From: Eledone cirrhosa
Taxonomy: Eukaryota
Assembly (NCBI GenBank): GCA_964016885.1
Contig: OZ024743.1
Location: 354,330,001-354,394,000, forward strand
DNA length: 64,000 nucleotides
Direction: 5' to 3'
Position 1 is the first letter of the stretch; each line of letters opens with the position of its first letter. The notes beneath the pieces are model-generated. The model worked only from the letters and a program-made list of their open reading frames with translations. It made no database searches and was not told where the DNA came from. The position numbers and the translations under genes are program-made. This document shows, one piece after another, positions 44,261 to 56,400 of the stretch.

Positions 44261-44577
44261 GTGTGGAGATGTAGGTGTGTGTATATATTTTTATATTTTT
44301 GTATGTGTTGCTATTGCTTAAGTTGATATATTGCATGAGTAAACTTAATTATGGAAATAAACTCATTCTCTACTTTTAATCAAAATAAATTGCTGCGATA
44401 CAAGTTGAAGGGAAAATAGCGGAGTCGCGTAGATGGAGTGCAGCGGTGTGGTGCAGTCTGCACTATTGCTGATCTGGTAGTGGGGACGCTATTGCGGGTT
44501 TATAGTTGTATTGTTGTTGGTTGTAATGGTGATGGCTTTCTTAATGCTGGTGGTTGTTTTAGTTGTAATGTTAATGG

Positions 44578-44733
44578 CAGACCTGCCAACTTCTAAAAAC
44601 CCAAACGCGGAGTACCATGAAAAAAAGTGCATCCCCAAACGGAGAAATGAGGCAAAATGTGGAGTTTTAGATAATGAATGCGATACCTTTTTTACAAGAG
44701 AAGACTTCACTCACCCACCCCAAAATTGACAGG

Positions 44734-44737
<4 letters not shown>
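44578..44737. mobile_element. 160-bp MITE with hAT-like termini
   Basis: Terminal inverted repeats cagacctgccaa ... ttgacaggtctg (11 of 12 match). No TSD visible; the right flank is (AT)n. Confidence 0.6.
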
Positions 44738-44769
<32 letters not shown>

Positions 44770-44874
44770 CAGTGTTGCTGTTATTGGGTATATACTTAAT
44801 CAGAAGTTAAAATTCAATGCAGTAGGTATTTATCATTCTTTATATATATATATATACATATATATATAATATTG

Positions 44875-45667
44875 AATTCAAATATTAATAAAATAGTTGT
44901 TTTTGTGATCAATTAAATTTTAATATACATATTTCAGAGGTACGTGAATCAGGTTCAACAGTACGTCCTCATCAGATAAAATAAAATGATATATGACATA
45001 CCCTGAGATGTTAGAAGGTTAAGATTTAATCAAGGTAGTGATTAACGTATGAGAAAACTCAAAATTTATACGCTAATAATGAGAAAATGGGAAAACGTAA
45101 TAGAATCAATAGAGAAGGTGTGAGTAAGAAAAACATTGCTTTAATATAACAGTTATAGAGTTTTAAAAATCTGGGATACTACAATTAGGATTATAGAGGA
45201 AGACGTCTCTGGAGTTATAATTTTTTAAGTTTTTGGCTTGAGAAAGCAACTGATAGATAATTAAAGAGAGGGAGAGATAAAAGGGAGTAATTTATGCAAA
45301 CATTTTCATCGGGCACATATAGACCTAACGGTTAAATTTCAAAATATTTAATTTATGTTATTTTCGGGTGAAGAATCAAAATTTTAGATTTTCAAAGTTG
45401 ATGGTTATTTGTATTAATTTTATAAATTTTATAAATGTGTTACATTTCTAAAATGTAAATTTTATGAAAACAAATTTAAAGTCCGTGAAAGAAAAATATA
45501 TACTGTTCAATATTCACATAAAGGTAATCTTTAACAAAATTACTTGTAACAGTGTCCACATTTTCGGTATGTATAATTTATGAAGTACTTACTGTTATAA
45601 ATATCGAGGAATTTATTGTTAAATATATATATTGTCTAAAGTATAATAATTAACACCGAGTTCTTAG

Positions 45668-45745
<78 letters not shown>

Positions 45746-46890
45746 ATGCATTTATCATAATAAGATAACTATAAATTATTATTTATTATATTATATTAAA
45801 TTATTATATTAGTTCTACCATCAAGGGAAGAACGAACTCTAAATAATGATTATGTTAATGTACAATATACATATAGTTGCACAAAATATATATAGCGTTA
45901 TACCGAACAATAATTATGATTATGTTACTATACATTATAAACATAAATGCACAAAACTATATACAGAGATATACCTAACTATAATTATGAATTATGTTAT
46001 TATACGATACAAACATATTTGCAAAAACTACATATAGAGAGATATACTAAGTATTAATGAGACAGTATACTTTTGGTAAAGGATAACTATTCTAATCTTA
46101 GAAAATAGATTCATACATGCATAACTATCAAATAAAATACATACATATATATATATATATAAAAAAAAATGTAAACGCGTGAATGATCAACAGTTCAAAA
46201 TAAGGTCCGTAGAAATTTACAGGTTAGATATTTAAACTATATTTAAAACGGAGATAGAAAAGTAAAGATAGAGAAATAAAGGTCTGGATCAAAGTTAATA
46301 ATATCTAAAAAGCCATGTTATGCATATCAACGTGCCAGCATGTTATTAAACAAATGTCATTCATTCAAATGTTATTTCCTTTATAGATGGTTAGAAGATA
46401 AAGCAATATTAAAGTTTTATAAGCCATTAAGATTTATATTTTCAACAGTTGATGATGTACGTCTAAAAACCAGGCTTGGTTGCTTACTGTTTTTCCTGGT
46501 CTTATGCGAGGATTGGAATGTAGACAAGGCTTTATGAAGGCAGTTAGAGAATAATTGACTTTTTTTGTTAATTAAGTTCTCAAAATTATTAATAATCAAA
46601 AGGGTCACCATTGTACAAAGCGCACAGTTACTTGATATACATGAGTTGCGGTAAACTCCACTATTACAAAGTTTCGTCCAAAAGATGGCGTATTTTAAAT
46701 TGTTGTCCTTTAATGACCATATAAGCTGTGATAAAGAAGTCGATGATTTCCTATTAGAATTCGAAAATGAGCATTTATGATTCGCAAATCTACCCTTAAA
46801 TGTAGAAGAATATTTTTTTCGGTAGAGTGCTTCGAATCTACTGTAAAACTCATTTTTTGATGTACTCATTGAATCTTGTTTAACTCTTTA
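44875..46890 (-). mobile_element. 5'-truncated Penelope-like element: GIY-YIG C-terminal relic plus long AT-rich 3' region
   Basis: ORF 46417-46869 contains FKGRFANHKCSF...TSLSQLIWSLK...CALC...LINKKSQLFSNCLH, typical of the PLE endonuclease C-terminus. A hammerhead-like motif lies at the 3' end and (TA)n lies at both ends. Continuity across the (TA)(TG) tract at about 45670 is inferred. Confidence 0.75.
44916..44985 (-). ncRNA. Partly decayed type I hammerhead motif
   Basis: Minus strand: ttttat CTGATGA ggacgtac...gtacctct GAAA tatgta TA ttaaaa. Stem II has 8 bp with one mismatch, the predicted site is AUA, and the base of stem I is mismatched. Confidence 0.55.
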
Positions 46891-46914
46891 ATATATATAT
46901 ATATATATATATCA

Positions 46915-47472
<558 letters not shown>

Positions 47473-47541
47473 TATATATATATATATATATATTAAGAAA
47501 GTAAAACAAAGAAGCCTTCGATACATCAAAAGTCTTTATTA

Positions 47542-47580
47542 GCCGACAATGTTTCGTCCTATTAAGGACTCATCAGGGCA
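47542..47580 (-). ncRNA. Canonical minimal type I hammerhead ribozyme
   Basis: Minus strand: gcc CTGATGA gtcct-taat-aggac GAAAC att GTC ggc, then AATAAA. Every core nucleotide is present, with a GUC site and a tiny quasi-palindromic stem III. Confidence 0.85.
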
Positions 47581-47702
47581 ATTAAAACAACAAGAAGTAT
47601 TATCGGCAGATACAAGCCGGGAGCTCCGAAGAATATGGAGTGTACATACACTAAAGTATTGCAAGATTATGGGTAAAAATATATAATAAAAATAATAAAA
47701 AT

Positions 47703-50126
47703 ATATAATAAAAATTACTAAGGATGTGTATAACATTAAGAACCATATTACAAATATAGTCCAAAGCAAAAAAAACCCTAGAGCTAAACAAAGGTGGTTA
47801 TATAGAGCAGGAATTATATATAATACAGTGTAATATAATATAATATACCTTTACCAATATTAAAATTACAATAAAAATCACAAGGTACAATATACATATG
47901 TATATATGTACGCACACGTACACACAAATACACATACAACAATACACATATCCATCTTCAAATGCACAAATTAAACCTTATTAAAAGTTTGAATATAAAA
48001 ATAAGCATGATAGGAATGAAAATAATAATAATAATAATAATAATACATCTACCCAATATACATGAGGTAATAATATGATATACTTATAAGTAGCACATAT
48101 AATACATAATAAACAATACAATTATATACTATATAATATAATATAATAGAATAGATAATCTCCGGTTAATTTACACAAACAATATAGATGTCACAATAAT
48201 ACTATAATAATAATATACTAACATTTATAATATACAATATACAATGGTACTCAAGTTAACAAATCAATTCATATAGGGTTACAGAGTAGGTGAGGAAAAA
48301 TAAATTGTACAATACCCAAAAATTATGATGGTACAAAAAAATACAAACATCTTACATGATATATAAAGTTTAACATATCATAATGTTACATATAATTAAC
48401 GGTAAGTAATAAGGATCAATATTACAATAACAAATACAATATAATATAATATATTATATAAAATAAATTAACATAATATAATATATAATTACTTATAATT
48501 ACAAGGTTGGTGAACAGATATGCATGTGGATGAGTGAGTAAGGGCCAGACAGTAAATATAATGCACAGTAGTATTACAAATAAAATATAAAATATAAAAT
48601 ATAGAATAAAATAAATAAATAGAATCAACCGGAAATTAAAAAACAAAAACAAAAGTATACATTTAGGTCTCACATGCAGTTAAGTAAAAACTAAGGAAAC
48701 AACCCCTGTAAATGACTCGAAAACCCTATTTGATAAATTAATATTAAAAATATTTACAATATCCAATAAGGCAGTATAATATTAGCTATAGTTTAAGTAA
48801 TTAAAGTTTATAAACGTTAATATTTCCTTACAAATGTTTACAATGATTCAAGTCTATTAATCCCAGAGAACCAATCTATAACTTTTTGATGATTCTTTAT
48901 TCTAGCTCTCATAATCTTTTGGCTACTATACCATATCTATCTTCTTACGCATTAAATTTTTCACTATTAACACCTTATGAATATATATAAGATTATATAT
49001 TTTACATTATTTTACTTTATTTTATTTTATTTTATTTTTATTTTTATTTTTATTTTTATTCGGATTCTTCTTTGGATAACCCCCCCCCCCCCCCTCCCCC
49101 CCCCATGCGCACATAAACTTATTGTCAACCCCTCCAAATTGACTATGATTATATTTAACCCCCCCTCTTTTACGCTCCTTTCTATTATGTAATATAGTAT
49201 ATCGACTATATTTCATGCCCCTTTGTATCCTCCATATATTTCTTCTTTTCTGTCCCTATTAGCCTACCTTAATTCTGCTTAAGTCAGTTTTTTAGATATC
49301 GTTATGTATATGATAGTAACAAATTTCATCCCTTTTTGTAAACATTTGTAAGGAAATATTAACGTTTATAAACTTTAATTACTTAAACTATAGCTAATAT
49401 TATACTGCCTTATTGGATAGTTTAAATATTTTAAATATTAATTTACCAAATAGGGTTTTCGAGTCATTTACAGGGGTTGTTTCCTTAATTTTTACTTAAC
49501 TGCATGTGAGACCTAAATGTATACGTTTGTTTTTGTTTTTTAATTTCCGGTTGATTCTATTTATTTATTTTATTCTATATTTTATATTTTATATTTTATT
49601 TGTAATACTACTGTGCATTATATTTACTGTCTGGCCCTTACTCACTCATCCACATGCATATCTGTTCACCAACCTTGTAATTATAAGTAATTATATATTA
49701 TATTATGTTAATTATTTTATATAATATATTATATTATATTGTATTTGTTATTGTAATATTGATCCTTATTACTTACCGTTAATTATATGTAACATTATGA
49801 TATGTTAAACTTTATATATCATGTAAGATGTTTGTATGTTTTTGTACCATCATAATTTTTGGGTATTGTACAATTTATTTTTCCTCACCTACTCTGTAAC
49901 CCTATATGAATTGATTTGTTAACTTGAGTACCATTGTATATTGTATATTATAAATGTTAGTATATTATTATTATAGTATTATTGTGACATCTATATTGTT
50001 TGTGTAAATTAACCGGAGATTATCTATTCTATTATATTATATAGTATATAATTGTATTGTTTATTATTTATTATATGTGCTACTTATAATTATATCATAT
50101 TATTACCTCATGTATATTGGGTAGAT

Positions 50127-50158
<32 letters not shown>

Positions 50159-50476
50159 TTCATTCCTGTCATGCTTATTTTTATATTCAAACTCTTAATA
50201 AGGTTTAATTTGTGCAGTTGAAGATGGATATGTGTATTGTTGTATGTGTATGTGTGTGTACGTGTGCGTACATATATACATTTGTATATTGTACCTTTTG
50301 ATTTTTATTGTAATTTTAATATTGGTAAAGGTATATTATATTATATTACACTGTATTATATATAATTCCTGCTCTATATAACCACCTTTGTTTAGATCTA
50401 GGGGTTTTTTTGCTTTGGACTATATTTGTAATATGGTTCTTAATGTTATGCACATCCTTAGTAATTGTTATTATAT
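47703..50476. repeat. Large inverted repeat: arms about 47703-48843 and 49336-50476 (~1.14 kb), spacer ~490 bp
   Basis: Shared blocks such as gtccaaagcaaaaaaaaccctag / ctaggggtttttttgctttggac. The ORF track gives nearly the same spurious peptide at 48422-48673(-) and 49506-49724(+). Confidence 0.92.
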
Positions 50477-53400
50477 GAGATAGAGATTGAGGTTTTTGTG
50501 ATTCTGGTAATGGTGATGCTGATGATTGTCCTCGTGCTGGTTGTTGTTGGTGGTAGAGATTGAGGTTTTTCTGATTCTGGTAATGGTGTTGCTGATGATT
50601 GTCCTCATGCTGGTTGTTGTTGGTGGTAGAGTTTGAGGTTTTTGTGATTCTGGTAATGGTGATGCTGATGATTGTCCTCCTGCTGGTGTTGTTGGTGGTA
50701 GAGATTGAGGTTTTTGTGATTCTGGTAATGGTGATGCTGATGATTGTCTTCATGCTGGTTGTTGTTGGTGGTAGAGATTGAGGGTTTTGTGATACTGGTA
50801 ATGGTGATGCTGATGATTGTCCTCATGCTGGTTATTGTTGGTGGTAGAGATTGAGGTTTTTGTGATTCTGGTAATGGTGATTCTGATGATTGTCCTCATG
50901 CTGGTTGTTGTTGGTGGTAGAGATTGAGGTTTTTGTGATTCTGGTAATGGTGATGCTGATGATTGTCCTCATGCTGGTTGTTGTTGGTGGTAGAGATTGA
51001 GGTTTTTGTAATTCTGGTAATGGTGATTCTGATGATTGTGCTGATGCTGGTTGTTGTTGGTGGTAGAGATTGAGGTTTTTGTGATTCTGGTAATGGCGAT
51101 GCTGATGATTGTCCTCATGCTGGTTGTTGTTGGTGGTAGAGATTGAGGTTTTTGTAATTCTGGTAATGGTGATTCTGATGATTATGCTGATGCTGGTTGT
51201 TGTTAGTGGTAGAGATTGAGGATTTGTGATTCTGGTGATGCTGATGATTGCCCTCATGCTGGTTGTTGTTGGTGGTAGAGATTGAAGTTTTTGTGATTCT
51301 GGTAATGGTGATGCTGATGATTGTCCTCGTGCTGGTTGTTGTGGGTGGTAGAGATTGAGGTTTTTGTGATTCTGGTAATGGTGATGCTGATGATTGTCTT
51401 CATGCAGGTTGTTGTGGGTGGTAGAGATTGAGGTTTTTGTGATTCTGGTAATGGTGATGCTGATGATTGTCTTCATGCTGGTTGTTGTTGGTGATAGAGA
51501 TTGAGATCTTTGTGATTCTGGTAATGGTGATGCTGACGATTGTCCTCATGCTGGTTGTTGTTGGTGGTAGGGATTGAGGTTTTTGTGATTCTGGTAATGG
51601 TGATGCTGATGATTGTGCTCATGCTGGTTGTTGATGGTGATAGAGATTGAGGTTTTTGTGATTCTGGTAATGGTGATGTTGATGATTGTCCTCATGCTGG
51701 TTGTTGTTAGTGGTAGAGATTGAGGTCTTTGTGATTCTGGTAATGGTGATGCTGATGATTGTCTTCATGCTGGTTGTTGTTGGTGATAGAGATTGAGGTT
51801 TTTGTGATTCTGGTAATGGTGATGCTGATGATTGTCCTCATGCTGGTTGTTGTTGGTGGTAGAGATTGATGTTTTTGTGATTCTGGAAATGGTGATGCTG
51901 ATGATTGTCTTCATGCTGGTTGTCATTGGTGGTAGAGATTGAGTTTTTTGTGATTCGTGTAATGGTGATGCTGATGATTGTCCTCATGCTGGTTGTTGTT
52001 GGTGATAGAGATTGAGGTTTTTGTGATTCTGGTAATGGTGATGCTGATGATTGTCCTCATGCTGGTTGTTGTTGGTGGTAGAGATTGAGGTTTTTGTGAT
52101 TATGGTAATGGTGATGCTGATGATTGTCTTCATGCTGGTTGTCATTGGTGGTAGAGATTGAGGTTTTTGGGATTCTGGTAATGGTGATGCTGATGATTGT
52201 CCTCATGCTGGTTGTTGATGGTGATAGAGATTGAGGTTTTTGTGATTCTGGTAATGGTGATGCTGATGATTGTCCTCATGCTGGTTGTTGTTGGTGGTAG
52301 AGATTGAGGTTTTTGTGATCCTGGTAATGGTGATGCTGATGATTGTCCTCATGCTGGTTGTTGTTGGTGGTAGAGATTGAGGTTTTTATGTTTCTGGTAA
52401 TGGTGATGCTGATGATTGTCCTCATGCTGGTTGTTGTTGGTGGTAGAGATTGAGGTTTTTGTGATTCTGGTAATGGTGATGCTGATGATTGTCCTCATGC
52501 TGGTTGTTGATGGTGATAGTGATTGAGGTCTTTGTGATTCTGGTAATGGTGATGCTGATGATTGTCCTCATGCTGGTTGTTGTTGGTGGTAGGGATTGAG
52601 GTTTTTGTGATTCTGGTAATGGTGATGCTGATGATTGTCTTCATGCTGGTTGTTGTTGGTGATAGAGATTGAGGTCTTTGTGATTCTGGTAATGGTGATG
52701 CTGATGATTGTCCTCATGCTGGTTGTTGTTGGTGGTAGAGATTGAGGTTTTTGTGATTCTGGTAATGGTGATGCTGATGATTGTCCTCATGCTGGTTGTT
52801 GTTGGTGGTAGAGATTGATGTTTTTGTGATTCTGGTAATGGTGATGCTGATGATTGTCTTCATGCTGGTTGTCATTGGTGGTAGAGATTGAGTTTTTTGT
52901 GATTCGTGTAATGGTGATGCTGATGATTGTCCTCATGCTGGTTGTTGTTGGTGATAGAGATTGAGGTTTTTGTGATTCTGGTAATTGTGATGCTGATGAT
53001 TGTCCTCATGCTGGTTGTTGTTGGTGGTAGAGATTGAGGTTTTTGTGATTATGGTAAAGGTGATGCTGATGATTGTCTTCATGCTGGTTGTCATTGGTGG
53101 TAGAGATTGAGTTTTTTGTGATTCTTGTAATGGTGATGCTGATGATTGTCCTCATGCTGGTTGTTGTTGGTGGTAGAGATTGAGGTTTTTTGGATTCTGG
53201 TAATGGTGATGCTGATGATTGTCCTCATGCTGGTTGTTGATGGTGATAGAGATTGAGGTTTTTGTGATCCTGGTAATGGTGATGCTGATGATTGTCCTCA
53301 TACTGGTTGTTGTTGGTGGTACAAATTGAGGTTTTTGTGATCCTTGTAATGGTGATGCTGATGATTGTCCTCATGCTGGTTGTTGTTGGTGGTAGAGATT

Positions 53401-56400
53401 GAGGATTTTGTGATCCTGGTAATGGTGATACTGATGATTGTCCTCATGCTGGTTGTTGTTGGTGGTAGAGATTGAGGTTTTTATGTTTCTGGTAATGGTG
53501 ATGCTGATGATTGTCTTCATGCTGATTGTTGTTGGTGATAGAGATTGAGGTCTTTGTGATTCTGGTAATGGTGATGCTGATGATTGTCCTCATGCTGGTT
53601 GTTGTTGGTGGTAGAGATTGAGGTTTTTGTGATCCTGGTAATGGTGATGCTGATGATTGTCCTCATGCTGGTTGTTGTTGGTGGTAGAGATTGAGGTTTT
53701 TGTGATCCTGGTAATGGTGATGCTGATGATTGTCCTCGTGCTGGTTGTTGTGGGTGGTAGAGATTGAGGTTTTTGTGATTCTGGTAATGGTGATGCTGAT
53801 GATTGTCCTCATGCTGGTTGTTGATGGTGATAGAGATTGAGGTTTTTGTGATTCTGGTAATGGTGATGTTGATGATTGTCCTCATGCTGGTTGTTGTTAG
53901 TGGTAGAGATTGAGGTCTTTGTGATTCTGGTAATGGTGATGCTGATGATTGTCTTCATGCTGGTTGTTGTTGGTGATAGAGATTGAGGTTTTTGTGATTC
54001 TGGTAATGGTGATGCTGATGATTGTCCTCATGCTGGTTGTTGTTGGTGGTAGAGATTGATGTTTTTGTGATTCTGGAAATGGTGATGCTGATGATTGTCT
54101 TCATGCTGGTTGTCATTGGTGGTAGAGATTGAGTTTTTTGTGATTCGTGTAATGGTGATGCTGATGATTGTCCTCATGCTGGTTGTTGTTGGTGATAGAG
54201 ATTGAGGTTTTTGTGATTCTGGTAATGGTGATGCTGATGATTGTCCTCATGCTGGTTGTTGTTGGTGGTAGAGATTGAGGTTTTTGTGATTATGGTAATG
54301 GTGATGCTGATGATTGTCTTCATGCTGGTTGTCATTGGTGGTAGAGATTGAGGTTTTTGGGATTCTGGTAATGGTGATGCTGATGATTGTCCTCATGCTG
54401 GTTGTTGATGGTGATAGAGATTGAGGTTTTTGTGATTCTGGTAATGGTGATGCTGATGATTGTCCTCATGCTGGTTGTTGTTGGTGGTAGAGATTGAGGT
54501 TTTTGTGATCCTGGTAATGGTGATGCTGATGATTGTCCTCATGCTGGTTGTTGTTGGTGGTAGAGATTGAGGTTTTTATGTTTCTGGTAATGGTGATGCT
54601 GATGATTGTCTTCATGCTGATTGTTGTTGGTGATAGAGATTGAGGTCTTTGTGATTCTGGTAATGGTGATGCTGATGATTGTCCTCATGCAGGTTGTTGT
54701 GGGTGGTAGAGATTGAGGTTTTTGTGATTCTGGTAATGGTGATGCTGATGATTGTCTTCATGCTGGTTGTTGTTGGTGATAGAGATTGAGATCTTTGTGA
54801 TTCTGGTAATGGTGATGCTGACGATTGTCCTCATGCTGGTTGTTGTTGGTGGTAGGGATTGAGGTTTTTGTGATTCTGGTAATGGTGATGCTGATGATTG
54901 TCCTCATGCTGGTTGTTGATGGTGATAGAGATTGAGGTTTTTGTGATTCTGGTAATGGTGATGTTGATGATTGTCCTCATGCTGGTTGTTGTTAGTGGTA
55001 GAGATTGAGGTCTTTGTGATTCTGGTAATGGTGATGCTGATGATTGTCTTCATGCTGGTTGTTGTTGGTGATAGAGATTGAGGTTTTTGTGATTCTGGTA
55101 ATGGTGATGCTGATGATTGTCCTCATGCTGGTTGTTGTTGGTGGTAGAGATTGATGTTTTTGTGATTCTGGAAATGGTGATGCTGATGATTGTCTTCATG
55201 CTGGTTGTCATTGGTGGTAGAGATTGAGTTTTTTGTGATTCGTGTAATGGTGATGCTGATGATTGTCCTCATGCTGGTTGTTGTTGGTGATAGAGATTGA
55301 GGTTTTTGTGATTCTGGTAATGGTGATGCTGATGATTGTCCTCATGCTGGTTGTTGTTGGTGGTAGAGATTGAGGTTTTTGTGATTATGGTAATGGTGAT
55401 GCTGATGATTGTCTTCATGCTGGTTGTCATTGGTGGTAGAGATTGAGGTTTTTGGGATTCTGGTAATGGTGATGCTGATGATTGTCCTCATGCTGGTTGT
55501 TGATGGTGATAGAGATTGAGGTTTTTGTGATTCTGGTAATGGTGATGCTGATGATTGTCCTCATGCTGGTTGTTGTTGGTGGTAGAGATTGAGGTTTTTG
55601 TGATCCTGGTAATGGTGATGCTGATGATTGTCCTCATGCTGGTTGTTGTTGGTGGTAGAGATTGAGGTTTTTATGTTTCTGGTAATGGTGATGCTGATGA
55701 TTGTCCTCATGCTGGTTGTTGTTGGTGGTAGGGATTGAGGTTTTTGTGATTCTGGTAATGGTGATGCTGATGATTGTCTTCATGCTGGTTGTTGTTGGTG
55801 ATAGAGATTGAGGTCTTTGTGATTCTGGTAATGGTGATGCTGATGATTGTCCTCATGCTGGTTGTTGTTGGTGGTAGAGATTGAGGTTTTTGTGATTCTG
55901 GTAATGGTGATGCTGATGATTGTCCTCATGCTGGTTGTTGTTGGTGGTAGAGATTGATGTTTTTGTGATTCTGGTAATGGTGATGCTGATGATTGTCTTC
56001 ATGCTGGTTGTCATTGGTGGTAGAGATTGAGTTTTTTGTGATTCGTGTAATGGTGATGCTGATGATTGTCCTCATGCTGGTTGTTGTTGGTGATAGAGAT
56101 TGAGGTTTTTGTGATTCTGGTAATTGTGATGCTGATGATTGTCCTCATGCTGGTTGTTGTTGGTGGTAGAGATTGAGGTTTTTGTGATTATGGTAAAGGT
56201 GATGCTGATGATTGTCTTCATGCTGGTTGTCATTGGTGGTAGAGATTGAGTTTTTTGTGATTCTTGTAATGGTGATGCTGATGATTGTCCTCATGCTGGT
56301 TGTTGTTGGTGGTAGAGATTGAGGTTTTTTGGATTCTGGTAATGGTGATGCTGATGATTGTCCTCATGCTGGTTGTTGATGGTGATAGAGATTGAGGTTT

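Noticed and set aside
48422-49724. Twin hydrophobic ORFs (MRPKCI...) on opposite strands
   Set aside because: A consequence of the AT-rich inverted repeat; no evidence of coding.
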